Assembly: GCA_027923505.1 (NCBI GenBank)
Contig: BROI01000010.1
Location: 806,001 to 870,000, forward strand
DNA length: 64,000 bases
Direction of reading: 5' to 3'
Origin: Mayamaea pseudoterrestris
Taxonomy: Eukaryota
Shown here: positions 12,334 through 25,784 of the stretch, one piece after another
Layout of the letters: every line of letters begins with the position of its first letter
Position numbering within the stretch: position 1 is the stretch's first letter
Made by a program: the position numbers and the translations under genes
Notes under the pieces: generated by a model
What the model was told of the DNA's origin: nothing
The model's database searches: none
Seen by the model: only the letters and a program-made list of their open reading frames with translations

Positions 12334-12658
12334 TGTGTTGCTAGAAACTTTCATTTCATCGTCACTGATCTGCCTGAGAAGTTTGCGCGACAAAAACCTT
12401 TGTGTATTTGGTATGTATGCGAGCTCGTTAACCGATTGGAGGTTAACAGATAGGAATGTTTTTACAACGATAGCGACGAAATGATACAAGTACGTATGTA
12501 CATGGGAAAACTAAAACCATTTGTCAAATCTTGTATTTATATTCAGCGAATCACTGGCATCTTCATACCATCAACCAGCACCAGACCTCAGCTTTTCAAT
12601 CCTCCAATCGCTATGCCGTAGTTGCATATACAACGGTCATCTGCTTCTGCTTTAATCT

Positions 12659-13051
12659 CTACATCATTCGCAACTGGCGCTCCATGACAACATGAGGATT
12701 CTCCTTTGGAGCATCCGGCTGGTATTCTGGAAGCGTGAGAAAGTCGCAAAAGTCTAACTGAACGTCCGTCCCCGTAACAACGTCGCGATAAACGTGCGAG
12801 CTTGGCAATCCATGCGCCATGCGATCCTGCTGCAAGGCAATGCGCTGCTCCGTGGCAAGGATCATGGCGAGACCCGATCCGTAAACGTGGCGAACGTGAT
12901 CCAAGTGACTGCTTGCTTTAGATACACGCTGCTGCAAGCCATCGACTGGATGGGCGCCTTGGGCAGCAGCGGCTAGGTTGTTTCCGTTGGGACCTGCCTC
13001 CATCAGATTAGCAGGCTTGCTCATAATGGGAATACTAGTCATGTCGTCCAT
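12659..13051 (-). CDS. POMP: Proteasome maturation factor UMP1/POMP
   Basis: HPVD...VRHVYGSGLAMILATEQRI...GLPSSHVYRDVVTGTDVQLDFCDFL...PHVVMERQL matches the UMP1 pattern. Confidence 0.88.
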   Translation of the reverse strand: MDDMTSIPIMSKPANLMEAGPNGNNLAAAAQGAHPVDGLQQRVSKASSHLDHVRHVYGSGLAMILATEQRIALQQDRMAHGLPSSHVYRDVVTGTDVQLDFCDFLTLPEYQPDAPKENPHVVMERQLRMM

Positions 13052-13502
13052 TGCTGTGTAGTAACAACGAGTAGAAACGTTTAATAACGTCGTCAGTCGA
13101 TGATTGTGCGGCGCCGCGCTTGATTGTTGTAGTTGTGGCAGTTCGACGCGAATCGTCGCGGATCTATCTATTCGCTTTGCGACATGATTTTTGTCTGCCG
13201 TAATGAAAACGTATTTATCAGGCTTAAGTGTAAGTCACGGCTATAGTACAAAACTCAAAGCAAGGCATTTAATGTTTTCGTGAAAAAATGTGTTGGGCTC
13301 TAGTGCAAGATTACAAATTCCCGGAGGCTTAAACAAAGCTCGAAACTCGACGCGGCCATGACGATCGTGCTGCTGTGTTGCAGTGGAGGCTCGGCGATGT
13401 CTTTACAGTAAAGCAGCTACGGAAGAGGGATAACAATTTCAACAAAACAGTAAAGTTATTCCCTACGCTATTTTTTAATCAAATAAGACGGGAAACGATC
13501 AA

Positions 13503-16500
13503 ATGTCATCAGAAATGGCAGCCATTCTCGATGTCTCAAGTTTATTTCGGACGGAAACGGATCTCAACGCTGAAACATACGAGAGTCCCATTGTAGCAAT
13601 TCTCCAGGAAATTCGTCGCAAGAACGTTGCAGCTGCGGCTGCGACCAATGTTAATTATACGCTTGACGATGCTGGAAGCGATCCGTGGGAGTCATACGAT
13701 GATCACAATTCCGTCAGCCGTCAACCGCAGCAGCCTTCCTGGAATAGCAATATTGAGGCTGCAACAACCTGGATATGTACCTGCCCACAACAGGCCTCTT
13801 CGCCACATGGAACAACTAAGGTTGAGCAGGACTCTGCGACGATGAGTCAGCAGCCAGCCATTTCAGACCAATGCTTTACCTGCGGAAGGAGGAAACGTTC
13901 CTTGACATTGCCATGGGCAGCGGCTCGACGCGGTAGAAGCATTAGTAGTCATGGAATTCAATCAATGACAACTGAAATCAAGAACAGCGGTGATCCGCAG
14001 CACGCCTTGGCCTTGCTTCGAGCAACTCCACAGCTGCGCGTGTTAAGTCAAGCATCGACCGATATGACGCTCTGCGGACGCGCCGGCGACCGCAATGTGC
14101 TCGTCCAGTTTTTTATTAGCGGTGAGACCAAAGACTCGAGCACTCCGTCGACGACGGCGACCATTATGGAAGATTACAAACAAAGCATTATGCGCGAAAG
14201 GACCAATCAGCAAGCTGCAAGTGAACTGGCGAGTTTACTTTGGGTCCTTTCGCACGAAATGTCTCTCGAAGATTTTGGAATTGTTGAATCTGAAGTCTTC
14301 TCTTCCGTCTTTGGATTGGTGCATTCAGCGGATAAGATCAAGCGCATGGCGGGCTTGGCTTGCGTCGACGCGCTACTATCTGTGCCGTCGGCCGATGAAG
14401 AAAAGAAGGCAATAAAATTTGCCAATACATTATCGAATGGTTTGAGAGCGGCGCACGGTGACTATGAGTTTCTCAGCGCCGTTGCAAGGGCGCTGGGGCA
14501 CATGGCGCAGCGGGCTGCCAATGTTGATTTTGTGGAATCTGAAGTGACGCGCGCACTGGAATGGTTGAGAACAGATCGATCTGAAAGAAGGTACGCCAAC
14601 TGTTGGCCAAGCACATGTTTATGCTCCGAGACTCACACTTGCTATTCTGCGAATAATTTTAGACTCGCAGCATGCCTTTCACTCAAAGAGTTTGCCATTA
14701 ATGCTCCAACAACATTCCATTCCAAGACGAGTCAAGCAGCGTTGGGCCAGTCGGGATCCAACCTTTTCTTGGATATCATCTTCCACGCTGTTCACGACGC
14801 ACAGCCGATTGTGCGTGCATGCGCCGCCGACGCGCTGTCGCAGTGCCTGAAGATCTTAATGGAGCGACAGCATGCCTCGTTAACAGGACTCTTGTGCCAG
14901 GTGTACTTTAGCATGATGGACGGGCTAATGGCGGCGCTGCCAGAGAAGAAGCGGATGTCATGGCAACAAACGAACACCGTCGACGCCCAGCATCATGGAT
15001 CTCTTTTGATGGTGTCAACTATGCTTGCCTATGCCGGCAATTTTGTCGGTCCTCGATACGAAGAAATTTGTCGTGAAGTAACTAAGTTCACGCACTCTAA
15101 GCAGCCATTAATTCGATTGGAAGTTGTTCGATTGGTGCCCCGCCTAGCGCTGAGCTCGCCGAGAGACTTTGGAAGGCGATACCTACATCAATTTCTTATG
15201 TTTCTTTTAGAGTGTGCATCCTCTGCAAGTCCTCCTCGCGTGTGTCTTGATATCCGACCACTGGCCGTGACAGCCATTGGGCAACTCATTGTTGCCCTGG
15301 TTGACGATGAGACTGGGGAAGTCATTGGTGCGTCGGCTTTGCCGACGTTGAGAATTCATGATGATCCAAATGGGTCGAGTACAGGACAGATAGTAGAAAT
15401 GGCCGAGTGCGGTTATGTCCGACAAAAATTGAGCGACATATTCCTTCTCGTTCGCAAAGGTCTTGGCAGCTCCGCCAGTCCCAGAATGTTAAATGCCTCA
15501 CTCCATTGTGCAGCAAATCTTGTCGGGGCTTTGAATGACCTGGCTTTGCCCTATACGTCGGATTTGATTGACGACATGTTTCGGTCGGGATTAAGCAATG
15601 ATGTGATTCGCTGCTTGTATGCCATGGCCCGGTGCCTTCCTGCCGAACAAGGCAGGATAGAGGAACGAATGCTCCAAGAAGTATCCTACTGTTTAGCTGG
15701 GAATCGCAATGTGTATCACCCGTTTATGTCAGCTCGTCGCGCATCCTTAAACGACCAAGGCATTCAAAACCCTCAACGGCGTATTGATTTGCTTGCTGAT
15801 GTTGGAACGGAAGCACCAGATATTCAAATTGATATGGCCGCGGATAATTCGACGGTTGCGTCATTGGTATTAAGTCTACAGACCTTAGCATCGTTTTGCG
15901 GCACGACGGTTCGCGTCTCTGATTCCGGTGCTGTTGTCCCGCTCCTGCCATATGTTCAAGAGGTCGCAGCGCCATACTTGGTGCACCCTTCGGATGATGT
16001 CCGACGCGCTGCAGCACTAACGTGTTGCGTTCTTTTGATACCCCCTGATCAAGTAGGACAGATTGGCAGCTATTCGGGTATAATCATTGAGAACGTGCTC
16101 GGTCGTTTGCTTCCTGTCGCAGTTTCAGATCCATCTCCAAGCGTTCGTCTATGTGTTGTCAAAGCAATGGACGCTCGTTATGACTCGTACCTTTGTCAGT
16201 CTCATCATCTTCAAGAGCTCTTTCTGTTGCTTCAAGATGAGACGGTCGCTACTCGAGCGGCAGGACTTCGCCTTTTTGGAAGATTGGCAGCGGTGAACCC
16301 CGGTCCCATATTACCAGTAATGAGAAAGTTTCTGAACGATCTAATTATCGAGCTGCATTGTGGTGTGCATGGAAGAAGTCGCGAAGACGCGACTAGACTG
16401 CTGGTTGTTTTTTTAAGAGCCAACTCTTTTCAAAGATTGGTGCAGCCGGTTTTAGCGTCCCTTGTCACTGCACTGCCTTTAGACAAGTTTGCTCCCCCAC

Positions 16501-19500
16501 GACTTGCATCGGCTTCCCTTGAGGCGTTGGGTGATCTTGCTCGTGCTACTGGCATGTCGCTCATGCCTTGGGTGCACGATGTCATCCCTCATGTGCTTGA
16601 AATTATGCTTGATCAAAGTAGCGCAAGCAAGCAACGGACAAGTTTGCGTACACTTGGGCAGATCGCCGGATCAACGGCTTATGTTATCCGTCCCTACCTG
16701 GATTACCCCTCGCTTTTGTCGCAGGTAACGAGTATATTGCCTGCAACAAAGCGAGCACCATGGTCCCTCCGTCGAGAAGCTATGCGCACCCTTGGTGTTC
16801 TCGGTGCTCTGGATCCTGATAGGTATAATGGCGTCGATACGATGACGAGAAAAGCAGGCGCTGTTGGAGGTGCGTATTTTGAGGAGGTCGATCACCCTGG
16901 CGCTGACAGCAACGGGAGTGCAGCGAGGCTTCCTGCATCTGAAACTCGCCATGTCGATGTCGACGATGATCAGCCAGCTTACTTGTTCATGTATGAGCAA
17001 TATGCGATGGTGGCTCAGCCAGTGTCGACTTTGCCCCCGGCAAGAAGGCTAAGCCCGGCCAGCGATGAATTTTATCCGACTGTTGCCATTCAGGCTTTGA
17101 TGCGAGTATTCCGCGACCCGGCGCTGGCAGTGCATCACGGCATGGTTATTCAAGCGATTATGTTCATTTTTAACTCTCTTGGAATGGGCTGCGTTCCTTT
17201 TTTGCGGAAAGTTGTCCCTTACATGATTGGTCGCATACGCATGGCTGGTCCATCCGGCGTAAGAGAGTCGCTGCTCAAAGAGCTAGCCACTTTAAGCTTA
17301 ATTGTTCGTGAACATCTTCGGCCATATATTGCCGACATTTTTAATGTCGTTGAACAGTACTGGTCATCGAAACATTTGGCCACCGTCCTGAATTTAGTGT
17401 CGAAGACTGCGGTGGGGGTGCCCGATGAGTTTCGGCGTTTCGTGCCCCGCCTCATTCGATTGCTTCTTACTTCCCTTGATGAACTGCAAATCGCTGATTG
17501 GTCTGCTTCGATCTTTTTCTTTGCTGAAAAGGAGCGTCTTGAGGCGGAAAAGCTGGCCTTAATTTTAAAAAGCGTCAGCAATCTGAAATGCGTTCTCGGA
17601 GATTACCTACATGTTCTAGTCCCCGCTTTTCTAAAACTCGCCGATGCATTGGCTTCTATACTTCGGCAACAGGTTGAGGTGAACGAACCAGTTACATTGG
17701 AACTGTTGGTGCTTGTCTATCGGACAATTTCCTCGCTTGTGGATAGTCAGCGACCATCCGCTAGCCAAATGTCACGTTTATATTTTTCTGGCGATCAATA
17801 CTCTTTCCCGAGGAGTTCGGAGAATGGCCTGCCCTCTAGAGTTGTACAGCCTTTGCTGCGTGTTTTGAAAGTGAACCCGCCGAGAAGTCCCTCTGGTGCA
17901 TTGGCCATCGTTGAGACTTTGTGTGTGAGCGCAAGTCTAATCGGCGGTGTTAAGTGGGTCCAGCTTTACGATGGCTTTGTACGAGAGGCAATAGCCGATT
18001 GGCAAAAAAAATTTCCTGCTTTGAGCATCGGAAGCGACGCTTTACAGCCACATTCTTTCAAGGTTGACGATAGATCGTACACTTTACTAGACTTGTACGA
18101 TGATACAATCGAAGCGCTTTTGAAGCCACCTTCGCAAGTCTCTGGCGCCCTGGCGATACATCGAGCCACCTCAGTCTCTGCTGATGGTCCTCATCATCCG
18201 AGAATAGAAGTTTTAGCTGCAAGTCACGAAGGCTACGCTGAAGCTCGATTTCCAGCATTGCAAGGACCATCATCACAAAACCCTCAGCGCCGCGTCAACT
18301 TGACCAGCCTTCAACGTGCCTGGGATGTTTCACAGCGCTCGTCTCGTGACGACTGGGACGAATGGATGCGCCGGTTTGCTATACAGCTGCTCCGCGAAGC
18401 GCCATCCCCGGCATTGCGAGCGACGGCTAACTTGGCGCACGCGTATCAACCTTTGGCTCGCGAATTGTTCAGCGCAGCTTTCGCATGCTGCTGGAAGGAA
18501 CTTAGCCAGCCGTACCGGGTCAATCTTGTTGCTGCTTTAGAGACTGCCTTTGTGTCAAACGTGTCACCAGAAATCCTACAGCAATTGCTAAATCTTTGCG
18601 AGTTTATGGAGCATGACCAGAGCGGTGGTTTGCCTATCGGTATTCCGATTCTTGCCGATCTAGCGTTACATTGCAGAGCCTACGCAAAAGCTTTGCACTA
18701 TCGGGAGAGGGAATACAACCTTCAGCGGTCCAATAGCTGCGTCGAATCTTTAATTAGCATTAATCGCAAGCTAGACTTGCAGGATGCGGCTTTAGGAGTG
18801 TTAAAGGCATCAAGCATTGAGACCCTAGTGAAGGAGACTCGACCGATGCGAGTCGACTTGTCGCCTAACATGTCTGCTGATCACAAGTACGACTTGTTTT
18901 ACAGCGTCACATGGAGCACTGCGGATAGCGATATATCAGGATCAATAGACTTGACTGCAAGGCAAGAGTTATGGCTTATGAAGTTAGGATCTTGGTCAGA
19001 AGCCCTTGCTGTATATCAGAATAAATTGGACCATGATCCTGCTGACTTCGAATCGCTGCTTGGGTGCATGCGGTGTTTGGATGCGAGTGGGGAATGGCGT
19101 AGTGTGCTTGGGCTATTTCAGAAAAATTTGGCACCGGTAACATTCACAGGTGTTGCAGACAATGTAAATTTGCAGCTTCGAAATGATATACCGGCTCGCC
19201 TCAAGCGCAAGGCTATCCGTATGTGTGCGCATGCTGCATGGCGGCTTGGCCAATGGGATGACTTGGAGCAGTTTTCGTCGGAGATGGTGCGAGAACGGTC
19301 GTTTCCCAGTTCTTCCGCTGCAACCGTCGCTACTGGCCATGATGCCATTGCTTCTGCGGTTGATTACGATGGCGCTTTTTACAGTGCCGTCTTGCACGTG
19401 CATCGGAACGAGTGGCTTGAGGCAGCGGATGCTATTGATGCCGCAAGAAAGGCCATGGACTCGCGACTCACAGCGTTAATGGCCGAGTCATATAATCGCG

Positions 19501-22500
19501 CGTATCCGAGTATGGTGACCGCACAAACACTCGCAGAAATGGAAGAAATAATTGAGCTCAGAAAGGTTGAGGATCGCGCTAAGCATTCGGCGAATCAACA
19601 TCCAGCAAATCGTCCAAGCAAAGAAAATGCCAGAGAGCGACTTCTCGCCGTTTGGCGTGAAAGATTGGTTGGTTGCCGGGTTGATGCCGAGGTTCATGCG
19701 TCAGTTCTGGCCGTCCGGTCGTTGGTACTAGGCCCGGCCGATGAAGTGGAAGCTACAATACAGCTTAGTACTTTATCAAGACAGGCCCAGCGCTACAAAT
19801 TTGCAGAAAGAGTGTTGCTACGTCCACTTGCGGAGCTCGGAGCTGATCTTAACGGACCCATGTTTGGTTTTGGTTTGGCCGAAACACTTGGAGTTCGCAT
19901 GGGCTTTAATAAATTTGACACAAACTCCATAGCGACGCAGATTGACAAGGTCGTCGATTCTAGTGGTAAACCTGTCCTACCAATCTATGGTCCAAACCAC
20001 CAGCAATGGAGCAGAAACCTTGTGAACGAAGCAGGCGGCTACGATCGGTAAGTAATAAAAGTGGCTGGCGACGGCAATTTTAGGATTTGCGATGCTGACT
20101 TGTAGCTTTGAACAGATTGAATGTGCAGCATCGCCTTTACCTGGCTTATCTGAATCATTTGTGGTATACGGGTGCGCGAGGCGAGGCCATGAGTCGCTTA
20201 GAAAATTTATGTGACGCGGTTGATTTGGTTACTTTGTGCGAGGATGCTAGAGATAAAAGTTTGTGCGTGACTTGCTGGTTAGAACTCGGAGAATGGAAAC
20301 TGTCTCGGTCATGCACGCCGAATATGCCTATTGCGGACAGTACCCAGTTCAATGTGCTCGCTGCCTTCAAAAGGGCAACTACAATGGAAAATTGCGGCTA
20401 CCTTGCTTGGCATGCCTGGGCATTGTTCAACTTTCGGATAGCTATGCAGCTTGACGAGCAAGATAACGCTGTTGCGGATGGTGGCTATCGCGTCCGCGTT
20501 GACAGAAAGCAAAGGAATCATATCATTGCTGCCGTCAAGGGCTTTGTGAATGCCATCAGCATGGGACGTAAAAGGGAAAGCGCTTCTGTCCAGCAGGATC
20601 TTCTCAATTTGCTGACTTGTCTCTTTAAATATGGAGCTCTAACAGACGTGTCCAATGCCTTGAAAGAATGCGTTGGAGCAGTAGACCTTGAGGCGTGGCT
20701 AGGGGTCCTTCCACAGCTTCTTGCGCGAATTCATATGAAAGATTCTAATATCCGCACAATCCTTCACCCATTGCTGGTGCGACTCGGCCAAAAACATCCA
20801 CAAGCATTGATGTACCCTTTATCAGTACTGGTGAAGAGTCCTGTCGAGGAGCGAAAGGTGGCAGCGGAGAGTCTTATGAATACGCTGAAGGAGCACGCGA
20901 GTGCCCTTGTAGAGGAAGCACTCATGGTATCTTCCGAGCTCATTCGTATCGCTATTTTGTGGCTCGAAACGTGGCACGAAGGGTTAGAAGACGCATCACG
21001 ACTGTATTTTGTTGAAGGAAACGTTTCAGGAATGTTAGAGATTCTTCTGCCACTCCATGAGAAGGTTGAAGCTGGAGGTGAAACGATGCTCGAAGTCGAC
21101 TTTCTTGATAATTATGGGCATGACTTGGCGTCCGCTCACATGCATATTAAAGATTATATTCGCCTTGTTGTTGACGAGGGTGGTTCCTCCGTGCCTTCCG
21201 CGCGCCATCACAGACAAAGCGAAGAGGCAGAAGCTGCTATGAACAGGGCGTGGGATATATATTACACATTTTTTCGAAGAGTGAATAAACAATTACCTTC
21301 GCTCACTTCGCTCGAAATAAGCCAGTGCTCGCCAGCGTTATATCAAGCTAGAAGCCTTGAACTCGGCGTTCCCGGTACATATCGCGTCGATGGCTCATAT
21401 GTTAAGATCGACAAATTCATACCGCACGTCAGTGTTATAACAAGTAAGCAGCGACCGCGGAAAATAACTGTTCGCGGTAGTGACGGGAAAGACTACATGT
21501 TTTTACTTAAAGGGCATGAAGATCTACGTCAAGACGAACGCGTAATGCAACTATTCGGATTGGTGAACGCTCTTCTAGTTCGAGATCCGCAGACACGGAA
21601 ACAGGATTTGAAAATTCAGCGATATGCGATCTGTCCACTTTCACACAACTGCGGGATCGTTGGTTGGGTGCCGCACTCAGAAACACTTCATAGTTTGATT
21701 GTAAGTAACATAGTTGGTGTCGTGTGTTCATTTCACTCGCGGAATGCGTGTATGTGGACCTCACTCATTACCATGCTATCCAAATATGGTCACAGAGGGA
21801 CTACCGACAGTCAAAGAAAATCCCACTGAACATGGAGAATCGAGAAATGCTCAAGGTCAGAAGGAAAGAGTTTTGCTAAAGTTGCTTTTACCGCTTTGTA
21901 CTCACTCCGTTTCTTGGTCGCAGATTGCACCTGATTATGATTTGCTGACCGTCATGCAAAAGGTCGAGGTTTTCACGGCGGCTTCACGAAAAACGACGGG
22001 CAGAGGAAATGATTTGTATGAGATCCTTTGGCTAAAGAGTACCAACAGCGAAGAATGGCTTGAGCGGCGCACAAGGTATACGCGTAGCTTAGCCGTCATG
22101 TCCATCGTTGGCTACATTCTTGGACTTGGCGATCGTCATCCTTCCAACTTGATGATCGACAAGGTATCAGGAAGGGTATTGCATATTGATGTAAGTTTCG
22201 TTAAATTGTTAACATGGAATTGCTGTTTTATTGGTGACTCACTCGTCGTTGTATTGCCATATTGCTACTAGTTTGGTGACTGCTTTGATGTCGCCATGAT
22301 GCGCGACAAGTTCCCAGAGAAGGTTCCCTTTCGTCTCACTCGAATGCTGATCAAGGCCATGGAGGTGTCAGGAATCGAAGGTAGTTATCGGAGCACATGC
22401 GAACGAACCATGATGGTACTTCGGGAGAGTAGGGATTCGCTTGTCGCCATGCTTGAGGCATTTGTTTATGATCCATTGATTAGCTGGCGGCTTGCTGCCT

Positions 22501-23228
22501 TGTCCCCGGGTGATGCAACATCGGGACGATTACACGAAGGACTAGACGATGTCAGCTCTCTCACCCATCCAGACGTTTTGACGGTAGTGGCGGGTCATGG
22601 AGCACCTATTGACCTTGTTGATCGTGCAAATCGAGCTGCAGAGCGAGGCAATGTTTTGCATGAACCGATATCAGAGCACCCTGACGAAGATAACGAGAAT
22701 GAAGCCGATGATCAAGAAGGAGTTGAAGACGAGGACAACGATAATTTGATTATCGGCAACCCCACTGTTAGAGGTTCTTTGACCCGCGGACTTTCCATGC
22801 GAGCATCTAGCGCATCGGTCCGATCCAATCGTGCAGCGCGCTCCTTACAGATGTACTCTGACATTCAGGAGCTTGCCGCCAATGTTGTTAGCGAATCAAG
22901 AATTGCAAGCATAACCGGCGAGCGCAATCGTTTTGATTGCATGGATACCATGCAGACTAATTCTTCCATCGCTCGCGAACGAAGCAGTCTTCGTCAACGG
23001 GAGCTCTTATCGCTGGTGGAGCGTGAGCAAGGTATGATAGACGGAGTCCACGAAGAGACGCTAAACGCCAAGGCGCTCAAGGTCATTCGACGCGTGCAGG
23101 ACAAGCTTAGTGGGAACGACTTTGTTGACAATGATAGCGTGGACGACCAGGTCCAGCGATTAATTGTTCAGGCGACGAGCACAGAAAATTTATGCCAGCT
23201 ATTCGTTGGCTGGTGTGCATTTTGGTAA
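13503..23228 (+). CDS. TOR: Target of rapamycin kinase (PIKK: HEAT, FAT, FRB, kinase, FATC)
   Basis: [117 protein letters not shown]. Introns 14591-14662, 20048-20115, 21701-21795, 21856-21923, 22191-22271. Confidence 0.98.
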
Positions 23229-23308
23229 AAAACTACAGTGTCATACCTAGCGCCGCAATAACGACATGAACATCATGTTTATTGTTCTCTTTAATATATA
23301 TAACAGCT

Positions 23309-24502
23309 CTACAAACCCGAAAAGAAATTATTATTCATTTGCTGTAGCTTCGCCACGCCCGCTTCCATGGAATTTTGGTGCTGTAGATTGTCCTTGACAA
23401 CGGCAGGTGGTTGAACGACTGAAGCAGACTCAGGCTCGATAACTTGTTGTGGCTCTTGTTGAAGAGCGACTGGTTCCGGATCGACTGCAGCAGCTGCATC
23501 CTGCGTGGCCTGCACATCTTCAAAGGCAGCGTCTTCAGCCTCCACTTCTGGCGTCGACGCCGCAAGTTTGTTGACTCTCAGCTTGGTTCCCATCATAGAT
23601 GAACCCGACGGTTTCTTTTTTAAAAGGTTTTTGGAAACATTTGTCGGCGCCCTCAAGACGATCTTTGGAGCGTTACCACTGCTTGGCGGCGTCAGCAAGC
23701 GTCCCTTGCCATGTAGTTCCGCCGCCGTCTTGGCTGACGCAAGTGCGACCGATGAAGCTGCTGCAGCAGCTCCTCCTCCCTGAGCGCGGGCTTGGGCAAG
23801 AGCAATTCTCGCCGCTTCCTCTGATTGTAGCTGCTCGGCCAACGAGAGATTTTCTAGCAAGGATGATGTCGTCGTGCCGTTTGAGTCGGCGTTTGGCTTG
23901 GGGCCTTCTCCACGCTTCGCCGCTTCCACTGCGACTAGCTTCTCCAATTCCTGTCGATACAACATGGCAGCCTTCATAGTATATTTTTTATCAATCTTGA
24001 CATGCATGTCAACTCCATTTTTGCGAAAGAACTTGCGCGCATTTTCATTGCCTCCCAGGCGCATGGCATCCACTTGTCGCATCGTCCACTCATCCAAGTC
24101 AACGCTGCGAACAAAGGTCGTATGGACACCCAATGAACGATGCGTCGCCGAGCAATCAAGGCACAGAAAGACTCCTGTATTGATTGAAGATGATGAGTGA
24201 GCGAGTCATTGCATATTATCAAGTCAAGTGAAGATTGTACAGTAGCAAAATTCAACGTGCCGTCGCCTCGTTCAAATCCTTACAGCAAACGCTGACTACT
24301 TGTAAGTATGATATCGTATATACATACCAAACGTCACGCTCGCCCACGTAGGTCTCGTCGCCGGACAATCAAAGCAAATCTGATTGGCTGGCAAACTCTT
24401 GAGCTTTTTAAATTGCAGGTTCTTGTCGGCCGTTGGTAGACAGACTTGACCCTTGCCAGCGGCAGTAAATGTTCCGTCGGTACGTAAATTACCGGAAGAC
24501 AT
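23309..24502 (-). CDS. ADP-ribosylation factor GTPase-activating protein (ArfGAP2/3, Glo3-like)
   Basis: [49 protein letters not shown] (C4 zinc finger plus Arg finger). Intron 24327-24175. Confidence 0.93.
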
Positions 24503-24759
24503 GTCTTGTATCAGTCTGAAGCAAGAGTTAAGAAATATCTGTAGATCTGAAATCTCGACGAATGTTTGTTGCTGTGATGAAAGCTACGATGTTGCTCATG
24601 GTGAAGCGTCGTGACGAAACAGATCGGCCGTCCGTCCGTCCTTCGTCCGACTAGTAATAAAAAATGGCGCGCGGAGTGAAAGCGGTTATGAATGAACTGC
24701 ATCGTCCTTGGCGCGACGAACGTCACGCTCCGATTCGACTTTGCCTCACATTTTCCACC

Positions 24760-25737
24760 ATGACGACGACCAAGAGTTTCCTGCTACTCCTCTTCGTAAT
24801 CTCAGCACCGCCATGCGCTGCCTTTGTGGCGTGCCCATTAATAGGCGAAGTAAAGTCCTTCAAGTCGCGCTCTCTAATACTTGCAGCAGGCAGCAAGAAC
24901 GACTATCAAGGAGAAGACGATTCAAGAAAATTCTCACGCATTTCCGGAAATCAACGACCTCCATCGCCGCAGGACCTTGAAATCATGGACCAAATGATTG
25001 ACAAGCTTGCCGATGCTAAACCCTATGACTTACCTACTGCCGTTCAACGAGCGTTTCGAGTCATTAGCAGTCCACAATTCTTTCTTCGCATTGCCAATCG
25101 AGTCGATCAAGCGACAAGCAAAGAGCAGCGTGACAAGCTGCAGGCACTGGCAAGCAACCTTCTTAGTACACTGGAAGCTGTTGTCTCTACAACCACGGAT
25201 CGACTAGAAGAACGCTCGCACCAAGTGCAAAAAATAGTTGCTGCTGCTGCCGAAGATGACGGCGAGTTTCTCGTGCCTCTATCACCAGATAGACGATCGT
25301 CGATGCGCAACGCAATCATGAAGCTCGATCCAGCCGATCTGGATCAAGGATTCGTCGCAACGATTGATACTTGGATGAACAAGTCTCATCAGGATGGGTT
25401 GGATGGCATGGTCAAAATTCTTCAGCAAGTACTGCAAATGTACGCTGGTATAGTTGTGTTGCGCACTCGAAAGGAGCAACAGCAGTATGGAGAAACGTCA
25501 GTTGCTTCCGAAATTGTAAATCAAATGCTAGAGACGGACGCGGAAGAATGGGAGTCAGTTTTGTTGGATGCCAAGCGCGACGAACATTTGGATGCTGTGG
25601 TGGCCGAGCTCCAGCGAACAATGGAAACCATTGTGCTGGGATCCGAGGCGGCTGGATCAGCAATTCAACAAGTGCAGGCAGAGTACCTTCAAGAAATGGC
25701 CAAGCGAGTGGAAGCAGTACAGAAGAGAAGCAAATAA
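24760..25737 (+). CDS. Predicted plastid-targeted alpha-helical protein of unknown function
   Basis: ATG 24760: MTTTKSFLLLLFVISAPPCAA-FVA (signal peptide + F at +1), a basic transit-like segment, then a long helical-looking ORF. Confidence 0.75.
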   Translation: MTTTKSFLLLLFVISAPPCAAFVACPLIGEVKSFKSRSLILAAGSKNDYQGEDDSRKFSRISGNQRPPSPQDLEIMDQMIDKLADAKPYDLPTAVQRAFRVISSPQFFLRIANRVDQATSKEQRDKLQALASNLLSTLEAVVSTTTDRLEERSHQVQKIVAAAAEDDGEFLVPLSPDRRSSMRNAIMKLDPADLDQGFVATIDTWMNKSHQDGLDGMVKILQQVLQMYAGIVVLRTRKEQQQYGETSVASEIVNQMLETDAEEWESVLLDAKRDEHLDAVVAELQRTMETIVLGSEAAGSAIQQVQAEYLQEMAKRVEAVQKRSK

Positions 25738-25784
25738 CATATAGAAATCGCCCTAGTTTAATCAAACTCATTGCGCACCACTTG

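Noticed and set aside
24664..24759. Upstream in-frame starts used by the ORF track (also at 2671, 35801, 50562, 56804)
   Set aside because: Downstream ATGs give the expected N-termini (signal peptide or conserved family start), and several track starts are TTG/GTG, unlikely in a eukaryote.
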